DNA of 56,874 nt from Planctomycetia bacterium (GTDB lineage Bacteria > Planctomycetota > Planctomycetia > Pirellulales > S012-138), in contig JACOUI010000377.1 of the NCBI GenBank assembly GCA_016177915.1, positions 1-56,874 on the forward strand, read 5' to 3'. Numbering within the stretch: position 1 is the stretch's first letter; each line of letters begins with the position of its first letter. Below are positions 48,946 through 56,389 of this stretch, in pieces. The notes under the pieces were generated by a model. The model was not told where the DNA came from. It ran no database searches and saw only the letters and a list, made by a program, of their open reading frames with translations. The translations under genes and the position numbers were made by a program.

Positions 48946-51465
48946 TCACGGCGAACCGTCGGCGCGCGTGACGTCGACGGAATTGCGCGACGTCAGCGGC
49001 GTACGGCCCAGTCGCGCGGAGGCGGACGTCGCGGAGGGGGTCGTCAGGCCCAGGCCGCGGCGCAGGGTGCGCAGGAAGCGGGATCGCGGCGTGCCCTTGA
49101 GCAGCACCGCGACGAACCCCCACAGCACGAGCACCGTCAACACCAACAGCACCACGCCGATGATCGCCTGCTGCAGCAACTGACCGCTCAGATTCTGGAC
49201 GGGCTTGACGGCCTGCGATTCCTGCTCCTGCACAATCACGGCCCAGCCGGTCGGGTACGACTGCCCGGTGTGGACGGCGCGGACGGGGACCATCGCGGCC
49301 AGCCAATTGCCGCTAAAGGTGACGTTGCCCGCCGCGCCCACGGGGTCGGCGTATACTGGGATCTTGAGCGGCTCGGCGGCCGCGTTCTGCGGGTCGCAGG
49401 CCGATTCCAGGAGCGGCAGCGTCTGGTCGTTGACGTAGAACAAGCTCGCCGGAGCGCCGTTTTTCTGCTGCGATTGCTGCTGTTCCGGCAGGCCGGGATG
49501 TTCCAGAACGGCCCCGCGCCGGCCGGTCATCGTCGGTTTCTCGGCCTGGGCGGGGAGCTTTCCGGCCAGCGAATCCAGGCGCGTTTGCACTTCCTTCCAC
49601 GTGCCGCCGCGGGCCGCGATTTCCGGAGCGACGTCGACGGTCACCACCGACCGGCCGGCCGTCGACTGCCCGCGCACCTGCGCCCCGCCGAGGTCCTTGA
49701 GTGCGGTCTCGATGACGGACGTCAGATCGCGATTTACGTCCTCGTGCGAAGCGCCAGGCCAAGGCGTCGTGATCGTGCAGGTGTTGACCTTCGTGTCGGG
49801 CTTGCTGTCGACCAGGGACACAAGCTGGTTCTGCTGCCACTGGATTTCGGTGAACCGCCCCAGCTCGACGGTCATCGCCAGCACTCCGATCGGGTCATCC
49901 TGCGTGCGGTCGGCGCCCTCGGCGAAGATCGGCACGGAAAACCCGACGATCGGCTTGCCGGTCGAGGTGCTGACAAACGCGATCGACAGGTGCGGGCCGC
50001 GAATCGGCTTCAGGCCGGGCGTGCCGGGTAGATGGTCCACGCCCTGGCCGTGAAAGTAATCGCGGTGCGAGTAGTTTTTGTCGCGGGCGCTGCCGGTGGG
50101 GTGCCGGCCAAGCTGCGTGCCGTCGACTTCGTTGACGAACCAGCTCGCGGATTTGCCGATGCCCTCCTTGGCCTTGGCTTCGTCGGGCGAGCCGCGGCGG
50201 GCGTTTTCGTAGCGGAGGCGCGCCCGCTCCAGCCAGGCCTCGATCTGGTCCTGGACCTTGGCCGTCTCGGCGTGATTGCCGGCGGTTTGTGCCTTGTAAT
50301 AGTCCGCCATCATTTTGAGCAGTTCGGGATCGGCGGCCTCCTGCTCAAGGGCCTCCCAGCGGCGGGTGATCTCCGCGCCGACGGCCTGGCCCACGAAGCG
50401 GGCGGCAAAGACGTTGCCCGCCATCGATTTTTCGCGGAGAGTCGCTTTTTGCTGATCGATCGCGGTCAGAAACCCCCTCGTCATCACGAAGGCCGTGACG
50501 ACGAGGAACAGAATCGGCCCGAGCGTCGCCAGCACCAACAGCGGCCGCCGGGCGCGCTGCCGAGCGCGAGCGTCCAGGGCCGTGAGCACGGCCTGCACGT
50601 TTGGGAAGCGCCGCGAAGGCTCGACTTCCAGGCAGCGGTCGACGACGTCCGCCAAGCGCTTGTCCATGCCGGGCGCGCGGCGATGCTCCGTCGGCCGGGG
50701 CGCCTCCCGAATGATCCGCTGGTAGGTCGTCAGGCGATCGTCGAGCGTCGGGGCTCCTTCGAGCCGCTTCACCGCCTCGTCCGTGCGGTACGGCGCCTGG
50801 CCCGTGAGCATGCAGTACAACAGCGCCCCCAAAGCGTACACGTCCCAGCGGACGTCCGGCGCCGCGTTGGTCTCGGCCTGTTCCGGGGCCATGTAAAAGA
50901 GCGTGCCCAGCGCGTGCGTCAGCTCGTTCGTCAACCGCGACTGGCCGAAGTCGCACAGCCGGGGGCGATTGTCCTGGTCGACGAGCACGTTGCCCGGTTT
51001 GAGATCGCAGTGCAGGATGCCCTTGCCGTGGGCGTGCGCCAGGCCGACGGCCACTTCGCGGAACAGCTCGACGGCGGTCTCGACGTCCAGCGGCCCGTCG
51101 CGGAGCCGGTCCTCCAGCGAGCCTTCCTCGACGTACTCCATCACGTAGAAGGGCGGCTCCGAATCCCATCCCACTTGCCGAAGCTGCACGACGTGCCGGT
51201 CGTTGGCCAGCACGGCCAGCTTCTCCACCTCGCGCGGCAGGAGCGACCAGTCGTGGCCCCCGCGGCGGGTGTAGAACTTGACGGCGACTTTGACGCCGGT
51301 GTTCACCTCGGTGGCCAGCCACACCTCGCCGAACGCGCCCTCGCCCAGGCACTTGTGCATTTCCAGGCCGGCGACGTGCGTGGGCGGCTTTTCCTTGTCG
51401 CCCGCCAGGCTGAGCTGCTGGGCGCGCTTTTGATCGTCGACGTTCTGGAGAATCGTGTGGTCCAT
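48946..51465 (-). CDS. Hanks-type Ser/Thr protein kinase with extracytoplasmic Cache-like sensor between two TM helices
   Basis: LGEGAFGEVWLA, VAVKFY, HCDLKPGNVLV, DFG and APE contexts are intact. TM1 is LLVLATLGPILFLVVTAFVMT and TM2 is IIGVVLLVLTVLVLWGFVAVLL. The Cache-like region contains HRDYFHG and SIAFVSTSTGKPIVGFSVPIF. Confidence 0.9.
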   Translation of the reverse strand: MDHTILQNVDDQKRAQQLSLAGDKEKPPTHVAGLEMHKCLGEGAFGEVWLATEVNTGVKVAVKFYTRRGGHDWSLLPREVEKLAVLANDRHVVQLRQVGWDSEPPFYVMEYVEEGSLEDRLRDGPLDVETAVELFREVAVGLAHAHGKGILHCDLKPGNVLVDQDNRPRLCDFGQSRLTNELTHALGTLFYMAPEQAETNAAPDVRWDVYALGALLYCMLTGQAPYRTDEAVKRLEGAPTLDDRLTTYQRIIREAPRPTEHRRAPGMDKRLADVVDRCLEVEPSRRFPNVQAVLTALDARARQRARRPLLVLATLGPILFLVVTAFVMTRGFLTAIDQQKATLREKSMAGNVFAARFVGQAVGAEITRRWEALEQEAADPELLKMMADYYKAQTAGNHAETAKVQDQIEAWLERARLRYENARRGSPDEAKAKEGIGKSASWFVNEVDGTQLGRHPTGSARDKNYSHRDYFHGQGVDHLPGTPGLKPIRGPHLSIAFVSTSTGKPIVGFSVPIFAEGADRTQDDPIGVLAMTVELGRFTEIQWQQNQLVSLVDSKPDTKVNTCTITTPWPGASHEDVNRDLTSVIETALKDLGGAQVRGQSTAGRSVVTVDVAPEIAARGGTWKEVQTRLDSLAGKLPAQAEKPTMTGRRGAVLEHPGLPEQQQSQQKNGAPASLFYVNDQTLPLLESACDPQNAAAEPLKIPVYADPVGAAGNVTFSGNWLAAMVPVRAVHTGQSYPTGWAVIVQEQESQAVKPVQNLSGQLLQQAIIGVVLLVLTVLVLWGFVAVLLKGTPRSRFLRTLRRGLGLTTPSATSASARLGRTPLTSRNSVDVTRADGSP

Positions 51466-51623
51466 GCACGACCTTCAAAAACCCGGCCGTGGGTCGATTT
51501 TCGCGGTCCGGTGGGAGCGCCGTGCGGCAAGACGGCGCGCGATTTCGGTCCGTCGGGGGAGCAAGGGAAGGAATGCCTGCGCAAGTATACCAACGGAAAG
51601 CAGGGGAAGGCTATGACCCGCCT

Positions 51624-51746
51624 CGTAGGGTAGGCGGCCCGCCTGCCGTTCTTCTTTTGCTGTGGTGTGGCTGCGTGCTATCACGGCAAAGGCAGGCGGG
51701 ACGCCTACCCCACGAGAAACGGCAGGCGGGCCGCCTAACCCTACGA
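51624..51746. repeat. REP-like doublet/triplet of the GGCAGGCGG/CCGCCTGCC family
   Basis: CGTAGGGTAGGCGGCCCGCCTGCC (51624-51647), then inverted units at 51691-51715 and 51721-51746. Confidence 0.85.
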
Positions 51747-51763
51747 CGGAAGCGCAGAAGCGC

Positions 51764-52621
51764 TCATTCCGCTACCACCGGATTCCGCAGCACGCCGAGA
51801 TTCTCGATCTCCACTTCGCAGACGTCGCCGCCCTTCAAAAAGACCGGCGGCTTGCGGGCTGCGCCGACGCCCGGCGGAGTGCCCGTGAAAAGCACGTCGC
51901 CCGGCTCGAGCGTGAATACGCCGGAGACGTAGGCGATCAGCTCCGCCACGGGAAAAATGAGCTGGCTCGTGCGCGAGTCCTGCATGGTCTGGCCGTTGAG
52001 GCGCAGGCGGATGGCCAGGCTGCCCACGTCGCCGGCTTCGTCCGGCGTCACCAGGTACGGCCCGAACGGGGCGAAGGTGTCGAACGTCTTCCCCAACAGC
52101 CACTGCTTGCCGGGCTTGTGGAGCTGCCAGTCGCGGGCGGAGACGTCGTTGCCGGGGCAATAGCCGGCGACGTGCGACAGGGCCGCCTCGCGCGGGATGT
52201 GCCGCCCGCCGCGGCCAATGACAACGACCAGCTCCGCTTCGTAGTCGACCGACGTGCTGTTGCGCGGCACGACGATCGGCCGGCCGTGGGCCGAGACGGC
52301 GGTCGGGAACTTGCAGAAGATGACCGGCTCGGGCGGAGGCTCCTGGCCGCTCTCCTGGGCGTGGTCGGCGTAGTTGAGTCCCACGCAGATTACCTTGCGC
52401 GGGTCGGGGACGGGCGCCAGAAGCTCGACCGAGCCGGCGGCGACCGTTTGTCCGGCCGCGATGGCCTGGGCGACGCGCGGCCAGATCTCCGGTCCCTGCG
52501 CGAGCAGCTCTTTCATCGAGGCCGGGATGGCCGGGTCGGTGCGGTTGAGATCGACGAGCGCGCCATCGCGCAGGCCGGCCGCGCGGGGACCGAAGCTGGA
52601 TTGGTAGGAGGCGAGTTTCAT
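51764..52621 (-). CDS. Fumarylacetoacetate hydrolase (FAH) family protein
   Basis: ATG 52621 (285 aa). KVICVGLNYADHA, DYEAELVVVIG and GDVLFTGTPPGVG. The rest of the 750-aa ORF 51764..54016 is antisense artefact. Confidence 0.9.
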   Translation of the reverse strand: MKLASYQSSFGPRAAGLRDGALVDLNRTDPAIPASMKELLAQGPEIWPRVAQAIAAGQTVAAGSVELLAPVPDPRKVICVGLNYADHAQESGQEPPPEPVIFCKFPTAVSAHGRPIVVPRNSTSVDYEAELVVVIGRGGRHIPREAALSHVAGYCPGNDVSARDWQLHKPGKQWLLGKTFDTFAPFGPYLVTPDEAGDVGSLAIRLRLNGQTMQDSRTSQLIFPVAELIAYVSGVFTLEPGDVLFTGTPPGVGAARKPPVFLKGGDVCEVEIENLGVLRNPVVAE

Positions 52622-52646
52622 CGTTGTGATTTCGAGAGGCGTTCTT

Positions 52647-52764
52647 GTAGCCATCACGCTCCGCGTGATGCGGCGCGTTGGCGATCGCCGCCGGGATTCG
52701 CCGCGGGCGCGCATGGCCAGCGGCATTGCCATTCGGGCTTCGTCTCGCGGAGCGAGACGGCTAC
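52647..52764. repeat. REP-like inverted pair GTAG-CCATCACGCTCCGCGTGATG and CGTCTCGCGGAGCGAGACGG-CTAC
   Basis: 52647-52670 and 52741-52764. Lies between the divergent FAH and redoxin-like genes. Confidence 0.8.
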
Positions 52765-52981
52765 CTACGATGGTCGCATTGTGGGCGTGCAGCGATGGCG
52801 CGTCCAGGGCCGGCACGGCTAAAGCCCAATCGAAGCCGGCTGAAGCCGGCAGAAATCGATGCACTCGCCGCGACGAAAGACGCGAATTACAATGGCCCTG
52901 CGTTGTAACGTAAGTCCCACCGGACGCAGCCGGTGGGCTTTGGGATATGTCGCCCCTGCCCCCTGTTCCGCCGAGGACCGC

Positions 52982-54352
52982 ATGCTCACCGCGCTCTATC
53001 CGCTCGCGCTCCTGCCCGCGGTCCTTGCAACGGCCGCCGACGAATCGGCGCTTCCGGCCGGGACGCAGCTTACGTTCCAAGGCGCCGTCGCCGAAATGCA
53101 CGACGACCGCACGCCCGGCGAAGCGCAGAAGGTGTTTGACCTCACGCTCGTCGTCGCCGCAACGAGCGACTCCGGCGCCAAACTCTTCTGGCACGTCGAG
53201 GAAAACGGCCGCGGGCGCTGGCAATGGCCGGAGCGGTTTGGAACGTGGTCGGCCGACGCGAAGTGGAAACCAAGCGGCACCGGGCCATCGCTCCTCTATG
53301 ACTACGACGGCGGCGACGGGACGGTGATCCCGCTGTTGATGCCTCTCATCTCGCCGGAGAAGCCGCTGGCCGCGGGGCTGACCTGGACCGAAGGCAAAAT
53401 GAGCTTCGAAGTGACCAAGGCCGCAAAGTTCGAGGACCGCGACGCCTGGGAAGTCCGCGCGGCGAACAATTACGGCCCGCAGTACACGGCCCTCGTGGAT
53501 AAGCAAAGCCCCCTCGTGCTCAGCCTCAAACAGCGCGTGTTCATGGGCATGGGCCGCGAGCACCAGCTTGAGATGCGGCTCGTGGGGCAATCGAAGCTCG
53601 ATGGAGAGCAGCTTGCGGCGGTCGTCAAGGGATTTGAGACCATGCTCGAACTGCGCGCGAAGCTCGGGCGACAGGATCGCAGCGAAGTGTCCGAGTTCAG
53701 CGGCAAGCAGCTTGCCGTGCTGGCCGAGGGCCTGCCGCGGGCGCAAGAGGCTGTGACGACCGGCTCGCTGCAAAAGGTGGTGACGGCCGCGCGGCGCGAG
53801 CTCTCGGCCCAGAGCACGCAGGCCGAGTCGGTCGAAAAGCTTTCCAAAGAGTTCATTGGCCGCAAGATCGAGGAGTTCGCCCTGGACGGAATCGGCGGCG
53901 CGAAGCTCTCGTCGAAGGAACTCTCCGGCAACGTGACCGTGCTGCACTTCTGGGACTACCGCGATTCGCCGCTCAAGGTGCCCTACGGCCAGACGGGCTA
54001 CCTCGACTTCCTGCACCAGCAGCGGCAGAAATCGGGTGTGAAGGTGTTTGGCGTGGCGGTCGATACGCGGCTAGCGGACGAGGCCGAGCGGCCCGCCGCG
54101 CTGCGCAGCATCCGCAAGTTCCGGATGTTCATGAACCTGGGCTACGGGGTGCTGCTCGATGAGGGGAAGCTGATCAAGCAGCTTGGCGACCCGCGACAGC
54201 TTGGGGCGGAGCTGCCGCTGTTCGTGGTCGTGGGCGCGGACGGCAAGATCGCGCACTACCACGTGGGCAACTACGAAGTGGACGCCACGCTGGGCCTCAA
54301 GGAGCTGGACGCGGCCGTGGGGGAGGCGCTGGCGAAGAAAGAGCAGAAGTAG
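52982..54352 (+). CDS. Secreted protein with C-terminal thioredoxin/redoxin-like fold lacking CxxC
   Basis: ATG 52982 gives signal-like MLTALYPLALLPAVLATAADE. The C-terminal VTVLHFWDYRDSPLKVPYGQ...VKVFGVAVD...LPLFVVVGADGKIAHYHVG resembles TlpA/redoxin layout but has no cysteines at the active-site position. Confidence 0.7.
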   Translation: MLTALYPLALLPAVLATAADESALPAGTQLTFQGAVAEMHDDRTPGEAQKVFDLTLVVAATSDSGAKLFWHVEENGRGRWQWPERFGTWSADAKWKPSGTGPSLLYDYDGGDGTVIPLLMPLISPEKPLAAGLTWTEGKMSFEVTKAAKFEDRDAWEVRAANNYGPQYTALVDKQSPLVLSLKQRVFMGMGREHQLEMRLVGQSKLDGEQLAAVVKGFETMLELRAKLGRQDRSEVSEFSGKQLAVLAEGLPRAQEAVTTGSLQKVVTAARRELSAQSTQAESVEKLSKEFIGRKIEEFALDGIGGAKLSSKELSGNVTVLHFWDYRDSPLKVPYGQTGYLDFLHQQRQKSGVKVFGVAVDTRLADEAERPAALRSIRKFRMFMNLGYGVLLDEGKLIKQLGDPRQLGAELPLFVVVGADGKIAHYHVGNYEVDATLGLKELDAAVGEALAKKEQK

Positions 54353-54398
54353 CCGTCGTCACCACGCGGCTCGCCCGCGCGGGAGATTGCGCGTCGTC

Positions 54399-54896
54399 TC
54401 ACGCCGGCCGGTCCGGCTCGTCCCAAAACACGCGCATCACCGAGTCGGCCACGCAGACGGGCTTTTCCTGGCCCGCTACCTCGAAGTTCTGCCGCAGCGT
54501 AAGCTGCACGCCGCCGGGAATGTCCTCCATCTCCAACAGGCGCAGCTTGAGCCGCAGCCGCGAGCCGGAGCGCACCGCGTTGGGGAACCGCACCCGGTTC
54601 AGACCGTAGTTGAGCACCATCCGCGCGCCGGGAAAGAGGATGATCTGGTCGTTGAGCGCCGGGCCGAGCGACAGCGTCAGGTAGCCGTGGGCGATCGTCG
54701 TCTTGTAGGGCGACTCGCGGGCGGCGCGCTCGACCTCGCAGTGGATCCACTGGCGGTCGAGCGTGGACTCGGCGAACTCGTCGATCCGCGCCTGGTCGAT
54801 CGTGATCCACTGGCTCGCGCCAAGCTCGTGGCCGACGAGCGGCGCCAGGTCGGCCGGGCCGTGGATTTGCAGCGGGAGGGCGGCGGAGGGGGACAT
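54399..54896 (-). CDS. MaoC-family (R)-specific enoyl-CoA hydratase/dehydratase
   Basis: FAESTLDRQWIHCEVERAARESPYKTTIAHGYLTLSL hot-dog fold motif. 165 aa. Confidence 0.85.
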   Translation of the reverse strand: MSPSAALPLQIHGPADLAPLVGHELGASQWITIDQARIDEFAESTLDRQWIHCEVERAARESPYKTTIAHGYLTLSLGPALNDQIILFPGARMVLNYGLNRVRFPNAVRSGSRLRLKLRLLEMEDIPGGVQLTLRQNFEVAGQEKPVCVADSVMRVFWDEPDRPA

Positions 54897-54951
54897 GGGA
54901 GGAAGCAGGAGTCAGGAGACAGGAAACAGGAGTCAGGGAACAGGGGTCAGG
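54897..54951 (+). repeat. Heptanucleotide tract, about 8 units of NNCAGGA (GGGAGGA AGCAGGA GTCAGGA GACAGGA AACAGGA GTCAGGG AACAGGG GTCAGG)
   Basis: Fills the whole spacer between the GNAT stop (54933-54935) and the MaoC start (54894-54896), and covers the last codons of the GNAT gene. Confidence 0.9.
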
Positions 54952-55490
54952 TCGAGCGACATGATTTTGCGCGGCGCGTCGTCGCGGAGGGTGCGGAAGC
55001 CCAGTGAGCGGAAAAGCGATTCCGGCCCGTTCCAGAGGTCGCCGTCGTCGCGCGCGGCGGGCTTGGGATAGGCCTCGACGCGCTGGACGCCCCGGCGGCG
55101 CAGGTCGGTTAAAACCTCGCTGAGCAGGAATCGCGCCAGGCCCTGGCGGCGAAACGCGGGCAAGATCAGAAAGCAAGTGACGGCCCAGGCGCTCTCGTCC
55201 GGCTCGAGGCGAAGCTGCGCCGTCAACTTTGTGAAACGGTCGCGCGGCCCGACCTGGCACCAGCCGACGGGCCGGCCGTCGACGTAGAGCAGGTAGCCGT
55301 CGAATTGGTTGCGATCGAAAAGCTCTTCGCGGAGGGCGCGGTTTTCGTCGGCCGTGCGGTCGGTCCAGCCGTCCCAGGTCGCAGTCCACCAGGCGGCACA
55401 GCAGCACCAGCCTTCGCCGCACTCGGTCGAGTGCAGGCGGAAGAAATCGCCCCGAAGGGCGGCGTCGAGCGGCAGGACCTGCTTTTCCAT
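54933..55490 (-). CDS. GNAT-family N-acetyltransferase
   Basis: FLILPAFRRQGLARFLLSEVLTDLRRRGVQRVEAYP (motif A). Confidence 0.8.
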   Translation of the reverse strand: MEKQVLPLDAALRGDFFRLHSTECGEGWCCCAAWWTATWDGWTDRTADENRALREELFDRNQFDGYLLYVDGRPVGWCQVGPRDRFTKLTAQLRLEPDESAWAVTCFLILPAFRRQGLARFLLSEVLTDLRRRGVQRVEAYPKPAARDDGDLWNGPESLFRSLGFRTLRDDAPRKIMSLDLTPVP

Positions 55491-55569
55491 GACGGGACCA
55501 TACGCGAGAATGGGGAGCGGTCGCTGGCCATTTTACCGCCCGGGCAATCGCCGGGCCACGAAATGAATT

Positions 55570-55626
55570 GTAGGACGGCCCTTCCGGGCCGTCACAAAAA
55601 GACGGCCTGGAAAGGCCGCCCTACGG
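55570..55626. repeat. REP-like inverted pair GTAG-GACGGCCCTTCCGGGCCGTC and GACGGCCTGGAAAGGCCGCC-CTAC
   Basis: Same family as 44208-44344. Lies between the divergent GNAT and DinB genes. Confidence 0.8.
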
Positions 55627-55636
55627 AGGACAAGCG

Positions 55637-56155
55637 ATGTCAACGACAGCAGAGCAAGTGACGGCGGCCGTTTCGGCGGCGGCCTGCGGGGAGCTCGACG
55701 AGGCCCTCACCAAAATCAAGCACTGCCTCGCCCAACTGGCCGACGACCAGCTCTGGCGCCGCCCGCGACCGGAGATGAACAGCATCGGCAACCTGATGCT
55801 GCACCTGGCCGGAAACCTGCGGCAGTGGATCGTGTCGGGCATCGGCGGGGCGAAGGACGCGCGCAACCGCCCGGCGGAGTTCGCCGAGCAAGGCCCGCTG
55901 CCGCGTGCGGAGCTGCTGGCGCGCCTCGAATCAACCGTGCGGGAGTCCCAGGCGGCGCTGCGCAAGCTGACGCCCGACGAATTGCTCCGGCGGCGGACCA
56001 TTCAGTCGTTCGACGTCAGCGGGGCCGAGGCGATCTTCAACTCGCTGCCGCACTTCCGCGGCCACACGCAGGAGATCATCCACATGACGCGCAGCCAGCT
56101 TGGGCCGGCCTACAAGGTGTCATGGGCGCCCCAGACGAAGGAGCATGGAGCGTAG
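55637..56155 (+). CDS. DinB/DUF1572-family four-helix-bundle protein
   Basis: NSIGNLMLHLAGNLRQWI and PHFRGHTQEIIHMTR, the His-containing DinB-type motifs. Confidence 0.8.
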   Translation: MSTTAEQVTAAVSAAACGELDEALTKIKHCLAQLADDQLWRRPRPEMNSIGNLMLHLAGNLRQWIVSGIGGAKDARNRPAEFAEQGPLPRAELLARLESTVRESQAALRKLTPDELLRRRTIQSFDVSGAEAIFNSLPHFRGHTQEIIHMTRSQLGPAYKVSWAPQTKEHGA

Positions 56156-56232
56156 GAGCGGGGGACGGGGAACAGGAGGCAGGAATCAGGGGGCAGGGGC
56201 AGAGGAGTTTGGAGTGTGGAGTTGGGAACGGG
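56156..56232 (+). repeat. GG-phased heptanucleotide tract, about 11 units (GGAGCGG GGGACGG GGAACAG GAGGCAG GAATCAG GGGGCAG ... GGAGTGT GGAGTTG GGAACGG)
   Basis: Starts right after the DinB-family TAG stop (56153-56155). Confidence 0.85.
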
Positions 56233-56389
56233 CGGCGTTGCGTAACCAAAACTGGTGAAGCGTCAGGAAGTTCAGGACGACGCGAATCCGCGCGGTCGTG
56301 GACGCATCAAGCGTCGTTGATTTTTCGGCGGACGCCGCGTAAAGTCGTAACGCGAACAGACAAGAGCTTCATCCGCAACGGGAGCCACT

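Noticed and set aside
51764-54016. 750-aa minus-strand ORF.
   Set aside because: Only the last 285 codons (from ATG 52621) match the FAH family. The upstream 465 codons run through REP repeats and are antisense to the well-supported plus-strand gene 52982..54352.
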